From Macrostomum lignano (taxonomy: Eukaryota), in the NCBI GenBank assembly GCA_002269645.1, contig NIVC01004854.1, forward strand, positions 1 through 33,243: a stretch of DNA of 33,243 nt, given 5' to 3'. Below, piece by piece: positions 11,466 through 22,755 of the stretch. The notes beneath the pieces are model-generated. The model was not told where the DNA came from. It saw nothing but the letters and a program-made list of their open reading frames with translations, and searched no databases. A program made the translations under genes and the position numbers. Position 1 is the first letter of the stretch, and each line of letters begins with the position of its first letter.

Positions 11466-11798
11466 CTAATTATTCGAGTTTCGATTTACTATATATTGAG
11501 TAATATTGTCAATGGTTTGAAATATCCTACTGGGATCTTCTGTGTAATAGTTCATTAAATGACCTCCCGCTACACTAAAGATGGCAGTAAAAATTGTAGC
11601 AATATTTCCTCCTCTCGATCTATCAGCAACTTCACGAATAAAATTAATTCCTGTATTTATAAGATATGGATTTTCTCTCAAATAATTATATAAATAAATT
11701 GCAACGTTACTGAATATACTCCACAGGTCGCCGCCGCGCCCGAAAGGCGGAACAGAACAGCTTCCATTTAGACTTTGGTTTACGACAGTATTTGACAT
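11466..11798 (-). CDS. Intronless 110-aa orphan ORF
   Basis: ATG to TAG in non-repetitive AT-rich sequence; AATAAA at 11447-11452 just after the stop, then an A-rich tract (minus strand) at ~11343-11405. No recognised domain. Confidence 0.45.
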   Translation of the reverse strand: MSNTVVNQSLNGSCSVPPFGRGGDLWSIFSNVAIYLYNYLRENPYLINTGINFIREVADRSRGGNIATIFTAIFSVAGGHLMNYYTEDPSRIFQTIDNITQYIVNRNSNN

Positions 11799-11950
11799 GC
11801 TTGCAACTCCTCTTTAAACTTCTTCACTCACCCAAAGCTGTTCTTTTTATAATGAACTTGTCTTAACTCTGTCCTCGGCAAGGTCTGCTCCCATTGGCTG
11901 GGCTGCACAGCCATACGCAGAGGCCAAGCAATATATCGCATGCAGCCTGC

Positions 11951-13262
11951 AAATGCTGTGTTTACCAATGCTGTGTTCACCAATGCTGTGGTCACCAATG
12001 CTGTGGTCACCAATGCTGTGTTCACCAATGCTGTGGTCACCAATGCTGTGTTTACTAATGCTGTGTTCACTAAAGCTGTGTTTACCAATGCTGTGTTCAC
12101 TAATGCTGTGTTCACCAATGCTGTGGTCACCAATGCTGTGTTCACCAATGCTGTGGTCACCAATGCTGTGTTTACTAATGCTGTGTTCACTAATGCTGTG
12201 TTTACTAATGCTGTGTTCACTAATTCTGTGTTTACCAATGCTGTGTTCACTAATGCTGTGTTTACTAATGCTGTGGTCACCAATGCTGTGTTTACTAATG
12301 CTGTGTTTACTAATGCTGTGTTTACTAATGCTGTGTTTACCAATGCTGTGTTCACTAATGCTGTGTTTACCCAATGCTGTGGTCACCAATGCTGTGTTTA
12401 CCAATGCTGTGTTCACCAATGCTGTGGTCACCAATGCTGTGTTTACTAATGCTGTGTTCACTATTGCTGTGTTTACCAATGCTGTGTTCACTAATGCTGT
12501 GTTTACTAATGCTGTGTTTACTAATGCTGTGTTTACTAATGCTGTGGTCACCAATGCTGTGTTCACCAATGCTGTGTTCACCAATGCTGTGGTCACCAAT
12601 GCTGTGGTCACCAATGCTGTGGTCACCAATGCTGTGTGACCAATGCTGTGGTCACCAATGCTGTGTTCACCAATGCTGTGTTCACCAATGCTGTGTTCAC
12701 CAATGCTGTGTTCACCAATGCTGTGTTCACCAATGCTGTGTTTACCAATGCTGTGGTCACCAATGCTGTGGTCACCAATGCTGTGTTCACTAATGCTGTG
12801 TTTACCAATGCTGTGTTTACCAATGCTGTGTTCACTAATGCTGTGTTTACCAATGCTGTGGTCACCAATGCTGTGTTTACCAATGCTGTGGTCACCAATG
12901 CTGTGTTTACCAATGCTGTGGTCACCAATGCTGTGTTCACCAATGCTGTGGTCACTAATGCTGTGTTTACCAATGCTGTGTTTACCAATGCTGTGTTCAC
13001 TAATGCTGTGCTTACCAATGCTGTGGTCACCAATGCTGTGTTCACCAATTCTGTGTGTCACCAATGCTGTGGTCACCAATGCTGTGGTCACCAATGCTGT
13101 GGTGACCAATGCTGTGGTCACCAATGCTGTGGTCACCAATGCTGTGTTCACCAATGCTGTGTTCACCAATGCTGTGTTCACCAATGCTGTGTTCACCAAT
13201 GCTGTGTTCACCAATTCTGTGTTCACCAATGCTGTGTTCACCAATGCTGTGGTCACCAATGC
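11951..13262. repeat. 15-bp minisatellite (AATGCTGTGTTCACC), about 87 copies
   Basis: Direct periodicity; it explains the VNTAL / TNAVF / MLCSP pseudo-ORFs. Confidence 0.98.
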
Positions 13263-14409
13263 TTGTGCTTAAAAAATGATAATTAAAATACTTTTACGTT
13301 CTATCCTTGCGGCCTTTTTTCTGCAAAAAATGATGACGCGGCGAGTCAAGATATGGGATTACAAGGATAAGAGAAGTGGGGATAGAGGTAGAGAGAGAGG
13401 TAGTCGGAAATTGTCACCGGGTGATTGTCACTGCCTTTCATTTTCATTGACTTTATCCAACATTTCTATTGACTTGCCATCATACAGGTTCATTCATACT
13501 ACCGACTCGTTTTGCTTGCAAGAATTGATTCGTTCCATTCTGATTCTTTTGTTAAAAAGTGTAGCATTGTAAGACTCCACTAACTTTGGCACCACCCAGT
13601 GTACGACCTAGAAGTGCTTTTTTAAGTAAAATATCACCAAATTTTAATCTTAAAAGCTCTTGATTTCATACTTATGCAATCGCTGGTCTCTGTTTGCTGT
13701 TTGTTTTAAATGTCGAAAGCTCGAGCTGACAAATTCTTTCCTCTGGTCTGAGCGAACTGTTCGCGGCCTGCATTTTGTGCTTTTCAAACCTCACTACTTC
13801 TGCTGCTGAAAGCTTGCTATTCCTTAGTGGTCTTTTACAGAACATCGATGCATGTGAAAGATACTCGCATACTTGTATTGTTACTTGAGTCAGTCGCGTC
13901 GGGGCGAGTTGCGGCACGAAGCTCTGAGCTCGACAGCTTTTGTCTCCAAAGCCTGTCACTGCTACTGCATGAATTGCGGCTCTGTCGCTATCTGATAACT
14001 AATTATACCCTCCCAATGCAGACAGCGTAGCAGAGTCTATACTGCCCAGTGTGTGGACTTCAATTCTTATACTGAGTTGTAGCTCGTATAGCTATGGAGT
14101 TTTTGCTCAGCTCAAACTCAGGCTGGCGCAAGCAGGTAGCTGCAGAGTAGGTGGGGCTTCATTGTCTGCCCCACTCTTGCCAGCGGTAAAATTCCACTGC
14201 TCTGACAATGGCTGGCGGGTCGCTGCACTTGGCTGGCGGGATGAGTGAGTGAGTCATTCAGTACTGCCATTTTTTAGTCCGAGTTCGCAAATACTTCTTG
14301 CCGCTGAGTTTTGCACTCAACCGAACTCCCCATGTGTGCCCTTCATAGAGATCATTGAATTGTGAGTGGAGTCCCCAATTCCATTGCTCCAGTGTCTCTG
14401 CGTTCCTTC

Positions 14410-14590
14410 ATTATCTTTTCTTTCTCTCTCTCCCTCACACTCCCTCTGTCTCCCTCTCCCCCACTCTCCCTCTCACTCTCCCTCTCTCCCTCTCTCCTCA
14501 TCTCTCTCCTCATCTCTCTCCCTCTCTCTCCCTCACTCCCTCTCCCCCATTATCCCTCTCACCCACTCTCCCGCTCACTCCCTCCCTATC
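14410..14590. repeat. CT-rich low-complexity tract
   Basis: Near-pure polypyrimidine (CTCTCCCT-type) sequence. Confidence 0.9.
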
Positions 14591-15077
14591 ACAAAATTCC
14601 CTGTGCTGTGTCACGATTGAGATTCCCTATGCTGCGTAGGATTGAAGTGCTTTTGTGAGTAAAATATCTCCACATTTCAATCATAAAAGTTCGACATCAT
14701 ACTTTCTACAATCTTAGAATTCTGCTTTCAATATGCAGCTCCAACGATAGCTCAAGGTGAAAATTTTTTCCCTGGTCTGAGTGAACTGTTAGCGGCCTGC
14801 GCTTTGTGCTCTTTAAAATTTCTTTGAATGCAGACCGATCACTTCTCCTGATTTATTACTTGTGGCTTACAGGCAAACTTTGGCATCACATCGTTCCATG
14901 TGAGGATGGATAATCGCATGCTCACTAACTGATTGCATTACAGTGACATATGCAAAAGTTCTGTGTCGTTCGTCAATGATTTTTCTAGACAGTTCCTTAC
15001 CATATATATTTTGTATAATTATTAGCCGCATGATTAAAGACACTAAGATTCACATCATAACGGATATCCATCTTCGG

Positions 15078-15271
15078 CTAACTTCGAAGCAGCTTCGTCT
15101 CCGTGAAGATATCCGTGTCGATATCGGGTCGCTCGCTGTCGCTGTCAGTGTCATCTTCAGTCAGGTCGGCATCGCTAAGCAGTGCGAGTCCGCTACCGCA
15201 GCTGTCAGGCCAGCTCATCATCGGCGGCTTCAGCGGTCTTCGAGCAGCCCCATATCCATCGCCATTACCTC
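15078..15271 (-). CDS. Candidate acidic terminal exon of an unidentified gene (...LSDADLTEDDTDSDSERPDIDTDIFTETKLLRS*)
   Basis: GC-rich island in AT-rich flanks; 63-codon open frame between an AG at 15272-15273 and TAG at 15078-15080; Asp/Ser/Thr-rich. Confidence 0.4.
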
Positions 15272-17567
15272 CTTTTGTTTAGCATCATGAGAGCAAAAAC
15301 ACAGTTTCTGTCAGACTTCAAAAATTTCTACGGATACAAGTATATTTCAGCTCTCGTGTTCTTGTCTGGTATTCAGCTAGTTCCCATCATGAATTAAAGC
15401 TCAGCTGGCAGATTTTTAAACGCCATCATCTCATTGCAGCAAACTCTACAAGAATCTTCGAGGGGGTTGTGAATGAGAAGGCTCGCCCGAGACACACCCC
15501 CCTGTGTAAAAATGGAGACACCTGCAGAAATTAGTTTTAACATACAACAAAAATTAAAATTAAAAAATGTCTTGAAAGATAATGAATTACTTTACCACGA
15601 GCACCGGGACATATAATATTCGATATATATTTATATCGACAATCTGTTTTCAGATACGTTTGAATCTGAATCTGCTTTACAGCAATTCGTTCTCCGTTTT
15701 CAGTTACGAATGTCCTGAAGGCTGTGCATGGCAAGGCTCGTCTTGCTCAGAGTCTGCACCCTAAACACGGGGCGACGGCAAGCACCCCCCCCCGGCCCCG
15801 CTAACAGTGATTGGCCAGCCAATCTACACTTATTACTAATATTAGGCAGTAGCAAAATTTTAATGTTTCATTACAGAAAAATGGTGATAAAGTAATCATG
15901 GTATCGTATTGAAAATTAGTAAAATATTTAAGCCCTATTGCAGCAGTAATACGAGCTAAAATCATTCCTATTACTGAAATGAATGAGATTTTCTAATTCG
16001 AATATGCTGTGTTTTATACCGAAGCGGCTGCGATTTAAGCAGGTACGACATTTCGTGCTATGGGCATAATCTTCGACTAGAAAGCTTTAAGAAATGAATT
16101 AGCACATTTAGCTCTGAAAGCGTAATTATTTTTGGCTTATTTTAAAGCCCCTAACGATTCTAACTATTATAACTATAACTATTCTAATTAATATTGACTA
16201 ATGAAATTGATTCAGAACAATCAATATCTATAGCATTATCTATATCTTTTATTAATCTGGTAATTCTTTAGGTATCAATAATTAATTAGGTAATTCTTTA
16301 TTTATCTGCTGACGAATCTATCAACTGATTTTATTGACGCGTGACTAAAGTCCAGCTAAAACGATAAAAACACCAAATAATCACAGTAAGCCTTTTTAAA
16401 AATGTCCCAAAAAATCGAAAAATTGCTTCCGAGGTTACGATAGCTTAAATAAATCAGCAAAATTTGATAAATTTAACGGGGCACAAAAATTCAAATACGC
16501 TCGTACGAAAGTTTAGGTAGACACAAAAAAACAAAAATTCGCAACTTAAAACAAAATTGAAGGCAAAATCAGAAGTACAACAACAGTAGGGTATAAAACC
16601 TACTAAAGTCAAACCGAGAACAACAAAAGTCCAACAAGATCGTTCTAGTGTTCGGGAAGGATTGCGTACTTGTTGGATGCTTTGTTACGCGACTGCTCTA
16701 AAAACTGATCTAATGGTTTTACTGCCAGAGACTAGAGGGATTTTTCTTACCAGAGACCTACCTAGTGAATGAAGACGCTGGTCGTCTTCAAGGTGGGACG
16801 ATGGTTTATTTGCTCTTATTCTTTATGTATTAGGTCTAAATTAAGCACTAAGAAGATTACTGGGCTATATTTAGTATAGTTGTGTCCATGCTCGATAGGA
16901 AATCTCAATAAAAAGGTCACTCGCTTTAATGGTAGGTTAATATGAAGCACGAAATCAAGTTAAGTCACTCGACCACACCCCTGGAATTAGTAAGTCTACT
17001 GGTATAGTGGGGGCTCGCCGCCCGCACACTCTTTCTTTCTTTCTTTAATAAAATTTTCTTAAATAAATCAAAGCAATCACATGTAGCTAAAGACTAAAAC
17101 AGACCTGCAAAACAGTAAAGGAAATAAACAATAAAAACATCTGGTTTTAAATGAAAATTGATCTGTCACTCTATAATATTATTAATAATATGAAAATACG
17201 ATATTTTAGAATATGAAATGACTGATTTTAAGATATCAAATGATATTACAATATCATTTTTACGAACGTATTTTTTGGTAAAATCGACTAGTACGAGTAT
17301 TAAATTGGCTCCGTTAGGTTCAATTGTCTCCACATATACGAGCGTACTTTGAATATTATGCCAACTTAATTATCCGGAATATTCGTTAAACAATCAGATC
17401 TTAACATAGCTACATGTAGTGTACTTCTAGTGATCATTGGAAATTTATAACAAGTATTTAGTGAAGACAACATTATTCAATGTACATGCGTGCAATTAAA
17501 GTTACTACGGAGATTGTAATTTGGGAGAGACGACGCGCCTGGCATCATCCGGATACAGTCATGCCGT

Positions 17568-20500
17568 TCAAGCTCGAGATTCCCTCTTGTATTCGGACGT
17601 CTGCTGCGTTAGTTTGTCATCCAGATTGCTCCAAAACTTGAGTTGTTGTCTGACTTTGCGTAGATTATCCTCTTTTTCCGGATTTTTCATCAACCCATGC
17701 AGAGTGTCGGACTCGGGCAGGAGCGCGTGAATCGAGTCCATCTCTTCCGCCAGCTTGTAGCTTAACTGGTACTGGATTGTTTTGGCCACATTGTCAACAG
17801 TTTGATCAGCGAGAATGAGCAGGTACTTTGTTAGAAGTACATAGATTAATAGCTCATTTTCGTCCATGCTCTGTCTAAACGACTGTGGAATGTCATCAGC
17901 GGCGCTGTGCTCTCCATCTTCTTCATGATCCGGGAGGTCTTCACTGGAGAAGCTTTCTCGCGGTGCAGGTGGAGTTTGACTACGATCGAGAGGTTTTATT
18001 ATGTGGTTTGCGCTGTAGTACGAGTATAAGTTCGTAATTCTCAGGGCAACTGTCTAGAGTAATAAATCGCAGGCAATGGAAAATCACTATTTTACATTAC
18101 ACCGACGGCCAAATAACATACAAAGTGTACTTAAGCTAAACAAAAAATGTTATGTCATGCGGTGATATCCGTCTATTTGTTACAGTAGACGGCTATTTAA
18201 GTCAGGTTACACGACGATACAGACGTTAGAATGTAGTACGATTGTACAGTCACAAGAGCGTCATGATTGTAGAATTCGTACTGACTGTTCGTACTATTGA
18301 ATTTAAAACAGATCACCTGATGCCTTCCATTAATGATCAAATTCAAGTATTTGAAGCCTATGCAAAGTACTATAGGATTTTCAATAATTTCATACATAAG
18401 CTGTTTTATGCTTCTGTTCTACCGTAAAAATATTCACACGTTGACAAAGAGTTTCGTTAAATTTTGGCAATGCCAATGACATTTACATGTATTAATAAGC
18501 TAAAAATTGAATGTTGAAAGTAGTAAAAACTCTCTCACCCAACTCGATTAAACTGTCGGTTCCGGGTCTGAACGCAGGTCGCCTCCATTTTCAAGACATT
18601 TTCGAGCCACTTGCGGGCATCCGTCTTGATCGTAGTTGTTTTTTTAGTCAGCCTCTCCTTCATGTAGTCTCTGAAGGGCGGATATTTACCAAAATTCACG
18701 TCGGCTAGTTGATCCATGTAGTCAGTCACTGCGGTGCAAATTTTCTCGAATACACCCATTGTCAATGGCCAGAATTTATCATTGACCAGATTTTTTACGA
18801 TGCGGCGCAGTACCGGAAATACATTGGCCACCTGTTTGAACTCGCAACCGCGCTGGTCTTTGAACTCCTCCTTGACTTGCTTCAGCACTGTAAATTGGCG
18901 CGGGAGCAGACACAATAGCTCAGTTGTGCACTGCTGTTCATGTGTGCTAATATTACAGCATTGAATTGCATCCAGAGATCGACAATGACTGGAGCTAAAT
19001 GCGTTTAAAGATTTGGTTGTTTCTCGCTATGACGGCCTTCTCAGAAAAAAAAATTGTCAAAAGGTTTCTGTCAAAACAGAAAGCAAAAAAAGTTTAGCTT
19101 CTCAAGAAAACACTTCTGGAAAATCTTCATGGAGCCAGTCGCAGAGTATTTACATGTACGTCCTACAAACCCTGCGATGTCACTCCTGCGGCTGGACGTT
19201 TTTCGGCCCTTTTCCGTTTGTCGCGACTCTCGAAATCATCTCCTAAACTCATCTGCTCTCGTCCGCGTCTCTCTGATTACTGTCCGTCCACTCTTGGTTT
19301 CTGGGGTTCGATATTCGGGTCTTCTTATCTCTTACTCTGCCTCTCACACCTTTCTAATTGGTCTTTCAATATTAATTCTTTCCTCAGCTGCACGCTTCAC
19401 CATCAACTCTAATCAGCGCAAACCTCACCCTCCTTCCGGTGACCTCAGCGACGTCGGCTGACACGAATTCGAAGACTACAACATGTATCAACGTCGCGGC
19501 ATGGTAAACGGGTATTTGTACATTACACTGACTTTTAGCCAGTGTTATCCGCCGGTTTAATTTAAAAATGCTAATTTACCAGCGATTTCCATCGAATTCA
19601 AGTACGTCGGAATGTTGCACGGTCTCCAATTGAATCTCGATCAGTATAACTGTTATACTATAACCAATAAAGAATTACCTTTGAGAGTAAGTCAGGTCAG
19701 TTAACCTTAGAAACTAAGTTGATGTTTCTGATTAAAGAAACAAAGTTATTTGCAGTTGTAATTTGTCAAAATGTTCATTTTATCGAAGATAGCGTGATTG
19801 ATGATGCGAAAAAAACAATGGAAGCTCGTCCACAGAAAACTCACGTTCATCATTGTCCTCGTTCGGCTCCGTCAGTTGTCGAATGGATTGCTCGAATTCG
19901 TCCAAGTTTCTTTCACATTCGGAAAATAAAAATTTTTCTCCGTTCTGTGCTCTCCTTTCACCTGCGCCTCAAACTCTTGAGCAAATCTTTTGAGCCGAGC
20001 GCAGGCTACTTTCCTGGAGTCGGCCGCCTCTGTCGGCTCTCCTTCGAGCAAGTCATTCAGCTGGTTTTGATGTTCGGTTCGTTTTCGCTAAAAAGAGAAG
20101 GTAACAAAAGCAACTTACGAGCGTATCGCTTCAAAGGTTTAAGTTGTTTCTATTTCCATTGTGTAATTTTCTAAAAGAGTTCGTCCATGGCAAAACCCCA
20201 TTTAGCGCTATACAAAAAAGAATTCTTTGTGAAATAAGTTTTGAGAGCACAGCTGTACAGCTGTATAACTCGTACTTTTAGCGTTTCCACCCGCAAAAAC
20301 TTTTGTATGCTTTCTCAACTTGTCAAGATCTGGAACACTTTTGATTACTTATTTCGTTTAAAATTCCTATTCCTTTCATTTATCCCATTTCTCCCCATAG
20401 AGATCCCAAAATGCTAATGGCCAGGTTTTCGTCCTAACGGGAGCTATTTGGCTCCAAATACAGGGATTGGCGTGAGAAATCGGGACTGAATGTTTCAGGC

Positions 20501-22166
20501 TCTGCACGCTGAGACAGCACATTCTCCTCTGCGGAAGTCCCGCCTGAAATGTAGTCTCGTCAAGCGACAGGAATAAAGACTCCTGATTGTGAAGACACCA
20601 GCTTGCTAATCGCTTCCTCCCAGTTCTCACTCAGCGTGTCGCAGTGACTGATCACACCAATGGTCCGCTTGCCCTCGGGGTCGAACTTCTTAGCGAGCTG
20701 GAAAGCCTTGACTGCTTTAACGTCAGTAGTGCATTTGAACACCACGGTAATGATTGTCTGTTCGCTTTTTATGTAGCGCTCGATGATTTTCACGGTTTGT
20801 TCTTCGATGTCGCTCGTGTCCCTGCAAATATTTTACCCGTATTTTCGTTTCAAGCTTTCGGAGTAAAAGTGACAGCTTATCTTAACTCATCTGGAAATTA
20901 TCTATCAAATTCTGTCATGTTGGGCTTTTTTACACGTAGGGTTATTTTTATATTGAAAAATTAGGGTTAGCTATAGTTAGAACCTGAATTTAATTGATTT
21001 AGTTTAGTTGGGTTGACAGGGGTTGAGTTGGGTTGTGTTGGTTAAAGTGGGATTGGGTGGTTGAGTAGGCTTGAGTTGATTTGAGTTGGGTTGATCAGGG
21101 TCTTACAAAAAATAGAACAGAATATACGCAGCAACATTGAAAAGTGGCCACTCTATGCGCCAGTGAGCAATTTCCCTTAGACTATTCTGAAATAAAAGAT
21201 ACGAGAAAACTGATCGGGGCAGCTTTAATCCGTCCAACCCTCGCACACCGCTCCCCCACTTCATTCCTCAACTCAAGTCTGCCGCGGCGTAGCTGAGTTG
21301 CATTGTTGTTGTTAAACGGGGGTAGAAAGCCAGCTTATCACTCATGTTTCTTCACCGGATTAGTAGTTTGTACGCATATCTATTTCTACGCAGTTTAATT
21401 TCATTAAATCGCTGATTGAGCATTCTGGGAAAGTTCTGTGACTTTATCTGCAACTCTAAAAGTGGCAAACACAGATGAAATCTTCTGTAATGGCGACTTT
21501 TCGATGTTGCTGAGAATACATGTGGAAAAATACAAGATCAAATACAGATCCGAAGTCCAGAAGATCACCCGGTGGTTCTAAAATCACCTGTTAATGCCTG
21601 GCAGGTCAATCAGAGTTAGGTTGAACCCGTCAGGCGTCTGGATGAGCACAGAAATTGTCTCGTCAGTGATCTCCAGCCCGCTAGATGACACAATGTGCTC
21701 TTGGGCGATAGATATTTCGCGGGCAATGTCGTTACGCGAAATTTTCTTCGGATGAAGGCTGCTGCCTTGCCCGTAACTGGAGTTATCATATACATGCAGC
21801 AATTTTTTAATTTAGACTCGGCACTGACACACGCAGAACATCTTGGTCTTACCTGATCTCAATCTTCTCGTCGCCTTCCCTCAGACGCAGCTGGATGGGA
21901 CACCTGGTGCACAGACTGGTGGCTTTAGGCAGCTCCACCCCGGATATCGCCTCCAGCACCGTCGACTTGCCCTCAGACTGGTCTCCGATCACAACGATGC
22001 TGGGGTAATTCACAGCACTGCTGCTCTTGTCTGCTTTCAGGGCATCCGCGGCATCCAAATAAGGTCGTAGCTGACTGCTCAGCCTGCTGAGGAACTGTTC
22101 GGAGTTCCCACCGCAGCCTTGAGGCTGATTACTGGCCTCGAAGAACTCTTCCATTTCCATGGCCAT
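17568..22166 (-). pseudogene. Mx: Mx-like dynamin-superfamily GTPase with multiple ORF lesions; exons 21853-22166, 21588-21776, ~20390-20821, 20119-20170, 19845-20087, ~18544-18887, 17568-18053
   Basis: [12 protein letters not shown] before G1 GDQSEGKS (21963-21986); G2 LCTRCP; G3 LIDLPG; DPEGKRTIGV; stalk motif RGCE...MEATCVQT; GED-like C-terminus (LADQTVDNVAKTI...LRKVRQQL). No PH or proline-rich domain. Splice phases match at exons 1-2-3 and 5-6. Lesions: TGA 20560-20562, TAG 20434-20436, TAG 20150-20152, frameshift ~19925-19945. The exon 3 donor and exon 6 donor are uncertain. Confidence 0.88.
21000..21095. repeat. Degenerate G/T-rich pentamer tract (GTTGG/GTTGA) in Mx-like intron 2
   Basis: About 5-bp periodicity visible directly. 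Confidence 0.7.
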
Positions 22167-22755
22167 TTCGAAAGCAAAGGCTTGTAATCGGCGCCCGAAA
22201 TTTGTATTTGTAGCCTGCAATGCACCGTCAGCTACATGTAATACGGAACTATATTGGGAAAACGTACAATTAAAAATAGGCATTACGTGGTGTGAAAAAG
22301 CCATGGTCGTCAACTGGGAGAAACTTCCTAAGCCAGCGCAGCCAGCACGGATACTAAACAAACGTACGCCGTGGCTAAAAATAGTAACAGGCCATTGTAC
22401 ATGTAGCGAAAAATCCAACATGGAACTATCCGAGCCATTTTGGCACTGCATGCATGGCATGCGCATTTATTGTTTTAACTGCCAGTTAGTTAGTTGCCAT
22501 GCCAGTTAGTTAAGTTGAGTTTTTTACTTAAACACTTTGTTTGTTGTATTAATTTTTTCTTATAGCTTGAAAAGAAGCTTTTGTTCTTAGAATAATTTGG
22601 TTTTGTAACAATAAGTAATTGGCACCGCGCGTAGCAGCAATTATCATAAAGGTCTGAATAAAATAACAATTAGTAGAAATCTATTTTAGGGCCTAAAATC
22701 TGGAATTTAAAATTTAGAATTGGACTGTAGGTTGACTGCAGGCTTGAAAGCCTTA

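Noticed and set aside
15809-15824. Inverted CCAAT pair GATTGGCCAGCCAATC next to a C-rich run
   Set aside because: Promoter-like, but no gene start could be assigned nearby.
16770-16790. 8-bp-stem hairpin TGAAGACG-CTGGT-CGTCTTCA as a Helitron 3' end
   Set aside because: The nearby CTAG on the minus strand is only 4 nt away and is followed by G rather than T; no matching 5' end was found.
17008-17020. TGGGGGCTCG resembling a tRNA-Pro primer-binding site
   Set aside because: Only a 10-nt match, with no adjacent LTR end or gag.
19054-19461. 135-aa + strand ORF and R/E-rich minus frames inside Mx-like intron 5
   Set aside because: Purine/pyrimidine-skewed sequence without a start, motif or consistent splice signals; Mx exons 5 and 6 join in phase without it.
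22167-22466. 100-codon in-frame extension upstream of the Mx-like ATG
   Set aside because: AT-richer, no similarity to Mx N-termini; more likely 5' UTR or intron. Cannot be fully excluded without transcripts.
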